The notes under the pieces are model-generated. The model did not search any database. It had not been told where the DNA came from and saw only the letters and a list, made by a program, of their open reading frames with translations. Below are positions 25,897 to 36,792 of a stretch of DNA of 64,000 bases, piece after piece; positions within the stretch are counted from its first letter, which is position 1, and each line of letters starts with the position of its first letter. Origin of the DNA: Nostoc sp. (lineage in GTDB: Bacteria; Cyanobacteriota; Cyanobacteriia; Cyanobacteriales; Nostocaceae). The translations under genes and the position numbers were made by a program. The stretch spans positions 128,001 to 192,000 of the forward strand of contig JBALDB010000002.1 of assembly GCA_036918135.1 (NCBI GenBank), written 5' to 3'.

Positions 25897-28459
25897 ATCG
25901 CTTTTTATTTCCTGTTTTCTAATTGCTGTCATTGTCAAGCCTGGACAAGCAAAAGAAGTAACTAAAATTTCTCCTATTCAAGAGCCAAATCGTTTTGCCA
26001 GAACAGTAAAAGAATGGCTAGCTCAGATAGAACAACAACAAACGCCACAAACAGAAGTTGTACAAGTTACCTCAGTCAAGGCAAATCCCACCAATAAAGG
26101 TGTGGAGGTAATTTTACAAACCTTGAAAGGACAACAGTTGCAACCAGTCAATCGTAGTACTGGTAGCAATTTCATTACTGATATTCCTAATGCTCAATTG
26201 CGCCTACCATCGGGTGAAGCATTCACATTCCGCTCAGAAAAGCCAATAGCGGGTGTTAGTGAGATTACAGTTACTAACTTTGATGCCAATACTATCCGGG
26301 TGACAGCGATCGGTGAAGTGGGTATACCAACTGTCGAGTTATTTGACAGTCCAGACGAGGGTTTAATTTTTAGTGTGGTAACTGCTGCATCCACAGCACA
26401 ACAACCTCAAACCCAACCAACTCCCGAACAACAGCCGCCTGAAAATCAAACACAACCTCAACCATCAACACAAGGTGATGAACCAATTGAGTTGGTGGTG
26501 ACTGGCGAACAAGATGGATATCGCGTACCAGATGCAACAACTGCAACTAAAACTGATACACCTTTGCGCGACATTCCCCAATCGATTCAGGTGATTCCAC
26601 GACAAATAATTGAGGATCAAAAAACAACTCGATTGCGAGATGTTCTGCAAAATGTCAGTGGCGTAACACCAGGTGCAGGTTATCAAAACTCTTTTGATAG
26701 AGTGAGAATTCGGGGATTTAGCCAAGAAACAACTTTTCGAGATGGAATTCGTGACAACTTTCCATCTACAGACTTTGCAAATGTAGAACGGGTTGAGGTA
26801 CTCAAGGGGCCTGCTTCTGTGCTGTTCGGACAAACTGAACCAGGTGGAATTATCAATCTGGTGACGAAAAAACCTTTAAGTGACCCTTACTACAATCTCG
26901 ATTTGGATGTTGGAAATTATGCTTTCTATCGTTCAGCTTTGGATTTATCAGGGCCTCTGAATACAGACAAAACCTTACTGTATCGCCTCAATGCTGCCTA
27001 CGAGAATGCTGGTAGTTTCAGAGATTTTATTAGTTCCAAGAACATATTTGTTGCACCAGTCATCGCTTGGAAGCTTAGTGAAAATACTGATTTAAATCTG
27101 TTTTTTGAATACAATAATAGAGATTATAAACCCGATCGCGGAGTACTTGCAATTGGCGATCGCCCTGGTTCGGTTCCCATCAACCGATTTTTTGGCGAAC
27201 CCTCGATTAACGAAGGTACTACCACAAACTACAAGTTCGGATACAATCTCGAACACCGCTTCAGTCAAAATTGGCAACTGCGTCAGGCTTTTTCTACCAA
27301 TATCTACAAATTTGATGAAATCCGCGTTCAGATAGACGAACTGCAAGCAGATGGAAGCACAGCAACTAGAGATATCGCTAATTTTGGTGGAACCACCCAA
27401 GAAGACTACAGACTCCAGACAGATGTTATTGGTAACTTCAAAACAGGAACAATTTCTCACAAACTGCTGTTTGGCGTAGACCTGAACCGTTACACTGATG
27501 TTTCCAATGGCTTTACAAACGCGCCTTTTGCATCTATTAATGTTTTCAATCCTGTTTACTTTGTTCCGATTACCCGTCCCACTACTCCTTACGTAGTTCA
27601 AAATTTCACAGATACATTCGGCTTTTATCTGCAAGACCAGATAACTATTGCTGACAACCTCAAGCTACTGCTAGGCGGTCGTTTTGATACGGTGAATATT
27701 TTACAGAAGGATTTAGCAGCTCAAAGTTCAACCAACGACAATAATTCTGCTTTTACCCCGCGTGTTGGCATTGTCTATCAACCCACCCCTCCTGTTTCTC
27801 TGTATGCCAGCTATGCAGAGTCCTTTGTACCACAGTATGGACGGTCTAGGGACAATTCAGTTTTTGTTCCCGAACGCAGCAAACAGTACGAGGTAGGCAT
27901 TAAAGCAGAGTTGTTTGATAGCAGACTTGCAGCAACATTGGCAGCTTACCACCTAACAAAATCCAACGTTTTAACTACCGATCCCATCGATTCTAATTAT
28001 TCGATTCAGGTGGGAGAACAAACTAGCAAGGGGATTGAACTTGATATTGTTGGGCAAATAACCCCAGGTTGGAATGTGATTGCTACCTATGGTTATACAG
28101 ATGCCAGAGTTACCCGCGATAATGACTTACCTGTAGGCAGTCGCCTGCAAAACGTGGCAGAAAATACTGCCAGTTTATGGACAACTTACGAACTTCAACA
28201 AGGTAATTTCAAAGGGTTAGGCTTTGGTTTAGGTCTTTATTATGTAGGCGATCGCCCCGGAGAAATTGACGAATCCCTTACCTTACCAAGTTATTTTCGC
28301 ACAGATGCAGCGCTGTTTTATAAGCAAGATAACTGGAGGGTTGGTCTCAATTTCAAAAATCTTTTCGACATTAACTATTATGTGGAAACCCAAGGACGCG
28401 AAGTTGTTTACCCAGGTGCGCCGTTTACAGTGATTGGCTCTGTTTCTTTCACGTTCTAA
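25883..28459 (+). CDS. TonB-dependent siderophore receptor with AMIN domain
   Basis: Same architecture as the first receptor; VEVLKGPASVLFG; C-terminal SFTF. Confidence 0.95.
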   Translation: MKLSRSLFISCFLIAVIVKPGQAKEVTKISPIQEPNRFARTVKEWLAQIEQQQTPQTEVVQVTSVKANPTNKGVEVILQTLKGQQLQPVNRSTGSNFITDIPNAQLRLPSGEAFTFRSEKPIAGVSEITVTNFDANTIRVTAIGEVGIPTVELFDSPDEGLIFSVVTAASTAQQPQTQPTPEQQPPENQTQPQPSTQGDEPIELVVTGEQDGYRVPDATTATKTDTPLRDIPQSIQVIPRQIIEDQKTTRLRDVLQNVSGVTPGAGYQNSFDRVRIRGFSQETTFRDGIRDNFPSTDFANVERVEVLKGPASVLFGQTEPGGIINLVTKKPLSDPYYNLDLDVGNYAFYRSALDLSGPLNTDKTLLYRLNAAYENAGSFRDFISSKNIFVAPVIAWKLSENTDLNLFFEYNNRDYKPDRGVLAIGDRPGSVPINRFFGEPSINEGTTTNYKFGYNLEHRFSQNWQLRQAFSTNIYKFDEIRVQIDELQADGSTATRDIANFGGTTQEDYRLQTDVIGNFKTGTISHKLLFGVDLNRYTDVSNGFTNAPFASINVFNPVYFVPITRPTTPYVVQNFTDTFGFYLQDQITIADNLKLLLGGRFDTVNILQKDLAAQSSTNDNNSAFTPRVGIVYQPTPPVSLYASYAESFVPQYGRSRDNSVFVPERSKQYEVGIKAELFDSRLAATLAAYHLTKSNVLTTDPIDSNYSIQVGEQTSKGIELDIVGQITPGWNVIATYGYTDARVTRDNDLPVGSRLQNVAENTASLWTTYELQQGNFKGLGFGLGLYYVGDRPGEIDESLTLPSYFRTDAALFYKQDNWRVGLNFKNLFDINYYVETQGREVVYPGAPFTVIGSVSFTF

Positions 28460-28539
28460 GCTCAATAAGCATCGGCATCAAAGCAACGCATGGAGTGAGT
28501 TTTTTTGTTATCTGGAATACTACGGTGTGTGGAGAGAAA

Positions 28540-30678
28540 ATGAGTCAGCTAGTATCTAAATTCAGTTACAGAATAGAGTGGTTGTTGATACTTTTGATTT
28601 TGCTGGTTCAGCCTGCAAAAGCGCAAGATATTCCTAAATCTAATAATCGGTTCAATCTAGCGAAAACACTACCACAAGCGAAGCCACCTCAAGCAACTGG
28701 GAAAATTAGGCAATTAAGTGAGCTAGAACCTGTTATTACCAGCGCCAAAATGTTATTAGTGCAGTCGTCAACACCAGCAAACACTCCACAAACAGAAGTT
28801 GTGCAGGTAACGGGAGTTAAGGCAAATCCCACTACTAAAGGTGTAGAGGTGATTTTACAGACATCTAAAGGCGAACAGTTGCAAATTACGAATCGCAGTG
28901 CTGGTAATAACTTCATTGCTGATATTCCCAATGCACAGCTGCGTTTACCTAGTGGTGAGGCATTTACATTCCGCTCGGAAAAGCCAATTGCGGGTGTTAG
29001 TGAAATCACAGTTACTAACTTTGATGCCAATACTATCCGGGTAAGTGCGATCGGACAAACAGGTGTTCCAACTGTCGAGTTATTTGATAGTGCAGATGAG
29101 GGTTTAATTTTTAGTGTGACGACTGCTGCATCCACAGCACAACAACCTCAAACCCAACCAACTCCTGAACAGCAGCCAGAAACTCAAACACAGCCAAAAC
29201 CATCAACACAAGGTGATGAACCGATTGAGTTGGTAGTCACGGGCGAACAAGACGGATATAGTGTACCAGATAGCACAACTGCAACTAAAACTGATACTCC
29301 TCAACGTGACATTCCCCAGTCAATTCAAGTTATTCCTCAACAAGTCATCAAGGATCAACAAATTACGCGGATTAGCGATGCTGTAAGGAATGTCAGTGGT
29401 GTGACTATTCAGGGAGACTATGCTAATTTGTCAGATACTTACAACATTCGCGGCTTTACCACCTATGCCACTTTGAGAGATGGTTTTTATGCCATTGGTA
29501 ACTTTGTAAATCCAACAAATATTGAGCGGATTGAAGTGCTTAAGGGTCCAGCTTCCGTGCTGTATGGGCAGTTTGAGCCAGGAGGGGTGGTGAATTATGT
29601 CACCAAAAAACCACTTGATTATCCTTATTACTCCGCTGAGTTTACAGCCGGAAGCTTTAGCACCTATCGTCCTTCGCTCGATTTTTCTGGACCGCTTAAC
29701 TCAGACAAAAGTATTCTGTATCGCTTGAATGTTGCTTATGAAAATTCCGGTAGCTTCGTTGACTTTTTGAATGAAAAAGTCCTTAGCATCGCTCCCGCAC
29801 TCACGTTCAAACTTGGGAAGGCAACCACGTTAACGTTTCAGTATGAATACCTCAACGCCGATCGCACTTTCTACGACGGTTTACTACCCGATCCCAACGT
29901 TTTCAACGTGCCGATTAATCGCTTCTTGGGAGAGCCAGGAGATTATTACTCGGCTCAATCGCATTTCATTAATTTAACTGTTAATCACAGTTTTAACAAA
30001 AACCTGCAAATTCGCAGTGCCTTTTCCGTTAAGCTGACCGATGGTGATGACTTAGCGTTTCGACCCGAATCTCTTGATGCAGACGGTCGTACTGTGTTAA
30101 GGCGGTATGCGGTAGATAGAAACCTTTACCGCAACTACTCCCTGCAAACGGATCTGATTGGTAACTTCAATACAGGGCCTGTGCAACATCAAGTTTTGCT
30201 GGGGTTGGAGTGGAATAAAGACCTCCTGGGCTTCGATTATCTCCGCAGTAGCACTTCTGTGACTCCTAGTATTGATTTGTTTAATCCCGTGTATGGTGCT
30301 TCCCCGCCACCAGAGTTTGATGAAGGCTCAGAGCGCGAGCGTTACGGTCGTGACACGATCGCCTTTTATCTACAAGATCAAGTCACATTGCTACCAAACC
30401 TGAAGCTATTAGCGGGTGGCAGATATGACTTTATCAATCGGAAGAATACCGTTCGACCACTAGATCCTACGGGTAATAATCTGATTGGTGATGAGAGCGT
30501 TGACCGCTTGTATAATGAAGCTTTTTCACCTCGCGTTGGCATTGTTTATCAACCAATTGAACCGATTTCAATTTACGCCAGTTACAGCCGCTCGTTTAAT
30601 CCCAGTGATTCGCGGACGGTAGATGGAACTCAATTGCCACCAGAACGCGGCACTCAGTATGAAGTGGGACTGTTGTGA
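28540..30678 (+). pseudogene. 3'-truncated TonB-dependent receptor
   Basis: Ends at GTQYEVG-LL*, where both paralogs continue for roughly 190 more residues; no terminal Phe. Confidence 0.9.
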
Positions 30679-30737
30679 GGTGGCGGTATCGTTATCAAGC
30701 TAAAACTAGGATAAGCGAAACTGCAACACCCTGTTAA
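30669..30737 (+). pseudogene. 3' tip of a second PepSY-TM gene
   Basis: Frame TVVRWRYRYQAKTRISETATPC* matches the intact PepSY end TGFVMWRYRYRAKPTRK. Confidence 0.65.
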
Positions 30738-30741
30738 TAAA

Positions 30742-31008
30742 ATGCGATTATTTCCGGTAATTGTTTGGTGTCAGGGTATTGTTCGCTCAACTCGTTTCCG
30801 TTTCTGGTGGCAATTGCTAGCGATCGCCCTCCAAAAACCGGATTTATTGTATGGTTACCTCGTTGCATTGAGTTTTGGCGAACACTTCTTCAGCTTCCGT
30901 TATGAAGTGAAGCCAGAACTAGAGACACAACTAAAAATATTGAACTAACAGCAGCAGCAAGCACAAGAAATAGAAAAAGCAAGTTATCAGTTATCACCTG
31001 TTAGTTGA
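30742..31008 (+). pseudogene. C-terminal remnant of a B12-binding radical SAM gene (DUF4070-like tail)
   Basis: WCQGIVRSTRFRFWWQL...GEHFFSFRYEV...QL resembles the DUF4070 tail; in-frame stop at 30946-30948 then QQQQAQEIEK...; no N-terminal part present. Confidence 0.6.
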
Positions 31009-31058
31009 TGTTTAGTAAGTAGAGACAGGATTAATTTTGTCTCTACTTACTAAACATC
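31007..31058. terminator. Perfect 21-bp-stem hairpin built on a GTAGAGAC..GTCTCTAC palindrome
   Basis: GATGTTTAGTAAGTAGAGACA-GGATTAATTT-TGTCTCTACTTACTAAACATC. Confidence 0.65.
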
Positions 31059-31469
31059 GGATTCTCAAACTCATCATTATCATCTCTTTGCGTCCTACCC
31101 TTCGAGATGGCAATTTTTCCTACGTAAAAACCCAAAAGACCCTATTTAATAAAATATACCCACCTCATTAAAATTAAGGATATAATAATAAAATAATTAA
31201 TACTTGATTAAAAATATATATTTTTTTGGTCATGTTCTTACTTATTTATACGTTTTTGACCAGATATTAAATTTGTATAAATAGAAAATAAATAATTAAT
31301 ATTATATAAATAACTAAGTACAATACTGAGTTTGTATAGAAAAACAAGCAAGATAATTTACGAGATTTTTTCAAAACAAATCATCTTGAACACTACAGAA
31401 TTTACATAAGTTTGGTTAGGCTTTTCATAGATAAAAAATCATTGCCTAATCGGAGATATTCTCATAAAT

Positions 31470-32372
31470 ATGAAAACTCTAAAAGTTCTTCTTGCCACTA
31501 CAGCGTTAAGCATCAGCCTCCTAAGTCTGTGTAATCAAAAAGCAACTGCTGGACAACTCTCCGATGGCTGGAACTATAGTATTGATTCCTTCCAAGATGG
31601 TTCTGGAGGTTCTGTTTTTGATATCAAAGGCATGGCGGTCAAAGACTCAGGTGACAAAGTTTATGTTGCTCTTACAGGCGGGATGCCTTTGGGTGGTACA
31701 ACAGATCCCGATGATTACTGGAATCCAGGTCATTCAGTCCATATTGGTTGGAGCGACTTATTCTTCAATTTTTCAGGTAAAGACTTCCAAACAGCTAGTC
31801 AAAGTAGTCAGCTATTTGGTGTGAGATTTGCCGACTATGACAATAGCTTGGCAACAGGAGTCTACCAAGGAGTCCAAGCAAAGAGTATCACTACACAACA
31901 TGGAGGCTATAGCAACTTGAAGTGGTATTACGACTGGGGTTGGGGTCAGAATAATACTCAAGGTACAGACCTAGCGACCACACAAGACGTTTACAACTAC
32001 TACTACAAATCTGATGTCGCTCAGAATCCTACTTGGGATAATACACCGATTCTCAACGCCATTGGGTCAGGCACAAAAGTTGGAAATATTTCCATGCTCA
32101 ACGCTCAGCAACTCAATACTGCTGGACTAAATTTTGCTAACTTTTCTGCTAGTGGCGACTACACAATTGGTTTTTCGTTTGATAAGTCCTTAATCGGCGA
32201 GGGTAATTATGTTACTAATATCTTTCTAGAGTGCGGCAATGATGGAATAGCTCTCAAGGGCGATCTTAAATCTGTACCAGAATCTCCTGGAACAATTGGT
32301 TTACTCTTGACAGGTTTGAGTTTTATGGCTAGCCAACTTCCACAGTTTCGGAAGAAAAAGCAGCACGCTTAA
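31470..32372 (+). CDS. Secreted PEP-CTERM (exosortase-sorted) surface protein
   Basis: Signal peptide ending QKATA; Gly/Ser/Thr/Asn-rich body ending ECGNDG; C-terminal VPES, hydrophobic helix and RKKK. Confidence 0.82.
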   Translation: MKTLKVLLATTALSISLLSLCNQKATAGQLSDGWNYSIDSFQDGSGGSVFDIKGMAVKDSGDKVYVALTGGMPLGGTTDPDDYWNPGHSVHIGWSDLFFNFSGKDFQTASQSSQLFGVRFADYDNSLATGVYQGVQAKSITTQHGGYSNLKWYYDWGWGQNNTQGTDLATTQDVYNYYYKSDVAQNPTWDNTPILNAIGSGTKVGNISMLNAQQLNTAGLNFANFSASGDYTIGFSFDKSLIGEGNYVTNIFLECGNDGIALKGDLKSVPESPGTIGLLLTGLSFMASQLPQFRKKKQHA

Positions 32373-32404
32373 ATAAGTTTGTCTAAGTAAGTTTGTCACT
32401 AGTA

Positions 32405-32434
32405 GTAGCGTGGGCAATACAATGCTCACCCTAC
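32405..32434. repeat. GTAG-type REP hairpin, possibly a bidirectional terminator
   Basis: GTAGCGTGGGCA-ATACAA-TGCTCACCCTAC between convergent genes. Confidence 0.55.
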
Positions 32435-32631
32435 TGTATTTATTCATATAAAATTTAACGTAAGTACGCCTCTTTTTTTAGATATTTTAGGCTATTAGGC
32501 ATTCTATCGAAACTATATTTGGCTCTGTTAGTTGCATTTCTCAAAATTGATTTATACAGTCAATTATTAAGGGTTTTACTGAAAATTGAAGCATTTATAA
32601 GCAGAGTATAAAACTGGTTTTGCTAAAAACT

Positions 32632-33231
32632 TTATTTTTTAAAAACAGCACACATTTCTCTTCCATTTGCAATTTTAAACAAATCTTTGAGATTACCAGA
32701 ATATCTATAGCAAAACTCTTCAAATGTTGTTGAGGTAAACCGTTTTGTAGCATGTCCCGTTCCAGGATTAGCTAAATATCTACTAATAAACTTGATAATT
32801 AAATTTGAAGATGTTGAAAAATTCTTAATTGGCTCTACAATTATTATTTCTTTTTTAGTTGCTTTAAATAGCTTTTTATATATGAAGTCTACATTATTTG
32901 GAAGAAAATGGTACATACTGGCTTGAATAATGGTATATTCTGCCTCTGGAATATAATCTCTCGATAATAAATCATGATATATTACATTAATCCCCAATTT
33001 TTTGGCACTTGATATGAAGCTTCTATTAATATCAAGTCCTGTATATTTAACATTTTTAGGCAACAAATAGTGTTTGTATAAGTAGCAGTCACCACAGCAA
33101 GCTTCAAGAACTGTTGAATTTTCTGGAATTAATGATGCGATCCTTTCGTATCGGTCGTAAAAACCTTTTCCATAAATGAGTCTCATAGTTAAATTATAAA
33201 AGGTTGGATTTAAATAAATTAGACTTTTCAT
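32632..33231 (-). CDS. Class I SAM-dependent methyltransferase
   Basis: VLEACCGD (motif I variant), YTGLDIN and IIIVEP. Start at MKSLIY. Confidence 0.75.
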   Translation of the reverse strand: MKSLIYLNPTFYNLTMRLIYGKGFYDRYERIASLIPENSTVLEACCGDCYLYKHYLLPKNVKYTGLDINRSFISSAKKLGINVIYHDLLSRDYIPEAEYTIIQASMYHFLPNNVDFIYKKLFKATKKEIIIVEPIKNFSTSSNLIIKFISRYLANPGTGHATKRFTSTTFEEFCYRYSGNLKDLFKIANGREMCAVFKK

Positions 33232-33279
33232 TGTTTGACCAGAATATTCACAAATTATTAGTATCAAAATAATTAATTT

Positions 33280-34407
33280 TCAATAACTTAGTATTTTATA
33301 CACTATGTCAATGATTGTAGATATTTGATTTAATCCAACCCATAGTGGTAGCCTAATTATGCGATCGCTCAATAAATTAGTGATAGTCATAGAGCCATGA
33401 GTGCGGCCATACTTTATGCCAGCTGGGGAACTATGCAAAGGAACATAATGGAAAACAGAATTTATACCAAAACTCCGCAATTTTTCAATCAAAGTATTAC
33501 GGTTTTCGAGATTTGGTAAAAGTAAATAATACATGTGAGCATTATGCTGACATTCTATAGGGATGATAGGACGACGCACTTTACCTTGAGTTTCTAAATC
33601 AGCAAAAGCTTGATGGTATTGCTGCCAGATATTCATTCTCTTCTGTGTAATAGCCTCTATTGCTTCCATTTGTGCCCACAGAAAAGCTGCACTAATTTCA
33701 CTAAGTAAGTATGATGAACCAATATCTACCCAAGTGTATTTGTCTACTAATCCTCGGAAAAACTGGTTGCGGTTAGTGCCCTTTTCCCAGACAATTTCAC
33801 TGCGTTCAATTAATTGTGGATGGTTAACTAACAATGCACCGCCTTCACCACAAATCAGATTCTTCGTTTCATGGAAGCTGACAGCTGCCAAATGTCCAAT
33901 ACTCCCTAAAGATCGCCCTTTATAAGTTGCATCTAGCCCTTGTGCTGCATCCTCAATAACTAATAACTGGTAATGTTGGGCAATTTTAATAATTTCATCC
34001 ATTTCACAGCCCACTCCAGCATAATGTACTGGTACTATTGCTTTTGTTTTTGAAGTGATTGCCGCCTCAATTTTAGATTCATCAATATTCAGTGTATCTG
34101 GACGAATATCTACAAATGCTGGGACACCACCACGTAAAACGAAGGCATTAGCAGTAGATACAAAAGTATAGGACGGCATAATTACCTCATCTCCAGGCTG
34201 GATGTCTGCAAGGATAGCTGCCATCTCTAATGCTGCTGTGCAAGAATGAGTTAATAGTGCTTTACAACAACCAATCTTAGATTCTAACCAAGCATGGCTT
34301 TTTTTGGTAAAATCACCGTTTCCACAAAGATGACCCTTGGTAATTGCTTGCTGAATATAGTTTATTTCTTGAGATGTAGCGAATGGTTTATTAAAAGGTA
34401 TGTTCAT
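33280..34407 (-). CDS. rffA: dTDP-4-amino-4,6-dideoxygalactose transaminase (DegT family)
   Basis: MNIPFNKP, SCTAALEM, EDAAQG, SFHETKN (PLP Lys), EKGTNR and VDKYTW motifs. Confidence 0.92.
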   Translation of the reverse strand: MNIPFNKPFATSQEINYIQQAITKGHLCGNGDFTKKSHAWLESKIGCCKALLTHSCTAALEMAAILADIQPGDEVIMPSYTFVSTANAFVLRGGVPAFVDIRPDTLNIDESKIEAAITSKTKAIVPVHYAGVGCEMDEIIKIAQHYQLLVIEDAAQGLDATYKGRSLGSIGHLAAVSFHETKNLICGEGGALLVNHPQLIERSEIVWEKGTNRNQFFRGLVDKYTWVDIGSSYLLSEISAAFLWAQMEAIEAITQKRMNIWQQYHQAFADLETQGKVRRPIIPIECQHNAHMYYLLLPNLENRNTLIEKLRSFGINSVFHYVPLHSSPAGIKYGRTHGSMTITNLLSDRIIRLPLWVGLNQISTIIDIVYKILSY

Positions 34408-34429
34408 TGGGTAAATTTCAAGAATTATC

Positions 34430-35299
34430 TTATAACTTTTTAGCTACTAAGAGTAAAGAGCCTCCAAATGGAAGAGATATACCATGTCGGATCATTATGC
34501 ATTCTAAATTTAAAATATTTTCCAGTAATAAATTTAGAAAACCACTAATGCTGAGTTCAGACATAACATCGTAGTTTGGATTAGGTCGTCGCTGCCGCAA
34601 GCGAGATAGTAACATCAACGGTAGTAGTAGTGATACAAAAGATGTCATTCTAACTACTGTAAATCCTGCTCTATTTACCTTAGTTTCTAACTCTTGAGCA
34701 CGATAACGACGTTTATGGCGAGCATTATCATCAGCTTGACTCCAAAGCCAAGGATGCTGCGGAACCGTCAATACAATACCCCCACCTTTTTGTGTAGCTG
34801 TATACATTTCAGCCAAGACAGTCTTATCTTCTTGAATATGTTCTAGTACATCAAAAGCACCAATTACATGAAATTCATCCTGAAAAGGAATTTTGCGAGC
34901 ATCCATTTGAAATAACTGACTTCTGCATAATCGTTGGTTTGCAAAGCCTAAACCTGTGGTGAGAACTTCACTACCATACAAAGTAAGTTGAGGAAATGCT
35001 TTCTCTATTCCTGAGAGAACAAATCCCGTTCCACAACCGATTTCTAAGAATGTCGTGGCTTGAGGAAAGTAGCGTTGTAATGCCCAAATTATCAAACGGT
35101 TACGAGAACAGTACCAAAAGTTTTTTGCTTCAAGAGTAGCAAGTTGGGCAAAAAATTTAGGATCGAAACTGTCAATCGTTTCTGCTAGTTCAGGTGCAAA
35201 TGAGAGATATTCGTCAATTAACTTTGGCTGATGAGAACAAGAGGGGCATGTCCAACTCATGCTATCAAACCTCCGTCCACAGAAACAACAAATTTTCAT
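34430..35299 (-). CDS. Class I SAM-dependent methyltransferase
   Basis: FLEIGCGTG, FDVLEHI, LTVPQHPWLWS and H-x-RRY. Confidence 0.88.
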   Translation of the reverse strand: MKICCFCGRRFDSMSWTCPSCSHQPKLIDEYLSFAPELAETIDSFDPKFFAQLATLEAKNFWYCSRNRLIIWALQRYFPQATTFLEIGCGTGFVLSGIEKAFPQLTLYGSEVLTTGLGFANQRLCRSQLFQMDARKIPFQDEFHVIGAFDVLEHIQEDKTVLAEMYTATQKGGGIVLTVPQHPWLWSQADDNARHKRRYRAQELETKVNRAGFTVVRMTSFVSLLLPLMLLSRLRQRRPNPNYDVMSELSISGFLNLLLENILNLECIMIRHGISLPFGGSLLLVAKKL

Positions 35300-35332
35300 C
35301 TTAAACTTCTGATGTATATAATTTTTTTCTTG

Positions 35333-36334
35333 TTAACCTTTACCTTTTAAACCTTTGATATCAGCTAATAACAAATTATTTTTATCTGCAATATATTTCT
35401 CCTCGTTGTTTTTCTGATTTGAATATTGTCTAATTATATATAGTGGTCTTTTTTTTGTTTCATCAAAAGTCTTACCCAAATAAAGACCGATGATTCCTAA
35501 AATTGCAATAATAATTCCCCCAAGAAAATACAAAGAAACTATTAGACTACTCCAACCTGTAACTGTTGAGCCGTAAAGTAAGGCATCAATAAAAATATAA
35601 GTACCGTAGATAAAAGCGAGGAAAGATATTAAGAAACCCAGCTTTATTGAGAGTCTGAGAGGTTTATCAGAATAAGCAATTAAAGTTTCGCTTCCCAGTT
35701 TCCACAGCTTACTCAAGGTGTATGTACTTTTTCCTGCAAAACGACTATCATGCTGAATGTCAATACTAGCAGTGGGAAAACCCATCCAGTGTACTAAAAC
35801 ACTAAAAAATCTTAGTTGTTCCCGCATGAGACGAAAATTGTCTACAATTTTCCTAGAAATAATCCGAAAGATTCCAACTTGCCCATCGTAATTAATATCT
35901 GCTAGATAGCTGAAAACTTTATAGAATAGCCAGGAAGTAAGGCGCTTCAAAAGATGGTGTTTTCGCTTACCTCTCCTAGCCAATACTATATCGTAGCCTT
36001 CTTGTGCTTTAGCGTATAAACGAGGAATTTCTTCAGGACGATCTTGCAAGTCACAGTCCATAACTACAACCCACTCTGCATTACAGTGATCTAACCCAGC
36101 TGTAATACCATATTGCTGACCAAAGTTGCGGCTAAATTGAATCCCTTTAATTCGCGGATCTTTTTTAGCTAATTCTACTATGATTTCCCAGGAGCGATCG
36201 CCTCCACAATCCTCAACTAAAATTATTTCAAAATCTTCAGAAATAATTTCAAGAGAGGTTTTTAACCGTTGATAAAGCTCATGTAGACAATCTTCAGCTT
36301 TGTAGACAGGAATGACAACAGAAATATAAGCCAT
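35333..36334 (-). CDS. GT2 polyprenol-phosphate glycosyltransferase (GtrB/ArnC-like)
   Basis: ISVVIPVY, SRNFGQ, MDCDLQD, two C-terminal TM helices and KKRPLYI. Confidence 0.92.
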   Translation of the reverse strand: MAYISVVIPVYKAEDCLHELYQRLKTSLEIISEDFEIILVEDCGGDRSWEIIVELAKKDPRIKGIQFSRNFGQQYGITAGLDHCNAEWVVVMDCDLQDRPEEIPRLYAKAQEGYDIVLARRGKRKHHLLKRLTSWLFYKVFSYLADINYDGQVGIFRIISRKIVDNFRLMREQLRFFSVLVHWMGFPTASIDIQHDSRFAGKSTYTLSKLWKLGSETLIAYSDKPLRLSIKLGFLISFLAFIYGTYIFIDALLYGSTVTGWSSLIVSLYFLGGIIIAILGIIGLYLGKTFDETKKRPLYIIRQYSNQKNNEEKYIADKNNLLLADIKGLKGKG

Positions 36335-36385
36335 GTTAAGTCCTTGGTAATTTTTGTAAATACTATTTTTAAGAATTTAAGTTTT

Positions 36386-36760
36386 TTATTTATATTTGGT
36401 AAAAACAAATATTTTATTTAATGTATAGGAGATTAAAGCCAGAGGAAATAAAATTAATGCTCCTGCTACAAAAAGATTAATTTTGTAAGCTAATAATTGT
36501 TTTAAAAACAATATTTGCAGGAAATATATAATAATATAAACTCCTATAAATTTAAAAATTAAGAAATTATTATTGTTTTTAAAAACAATGATTCCAATAG
36601 TTTTAAAGTTAAATAATACTCCACACATAGTTGATATTAAAGCTGCAACTTCATAACGAAAACTTAGTAAAATCAGCAAACTAAATAAGGAATAACCGAA
36701 AAGTGTATTAATCACACCTACTATCAGAAATCTTATAAATCTTTTTGAAGGATAATGCAT
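36386..36760 (-). CDS. GtrA-family flippase
   Basis: FIRFLIVGVINT, four TM helices and LNKIFVF end. Confidence 0.88.
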   Translation of the reverse strand: MHYPSKRFIRFLIVGVINTLFGYSLFSLLILLSFRYEVAALISTMCGVLFNFKTIGIIVFKNNNNFLIFKFIGVYIIIYFLQILFLKQLLAYKINLFVAGALILFPLALISYTLNKIFVFTKYK

Positions 36761-36792
36761 CAGTTTAATTCAATAACGACTCATCTTTATAG

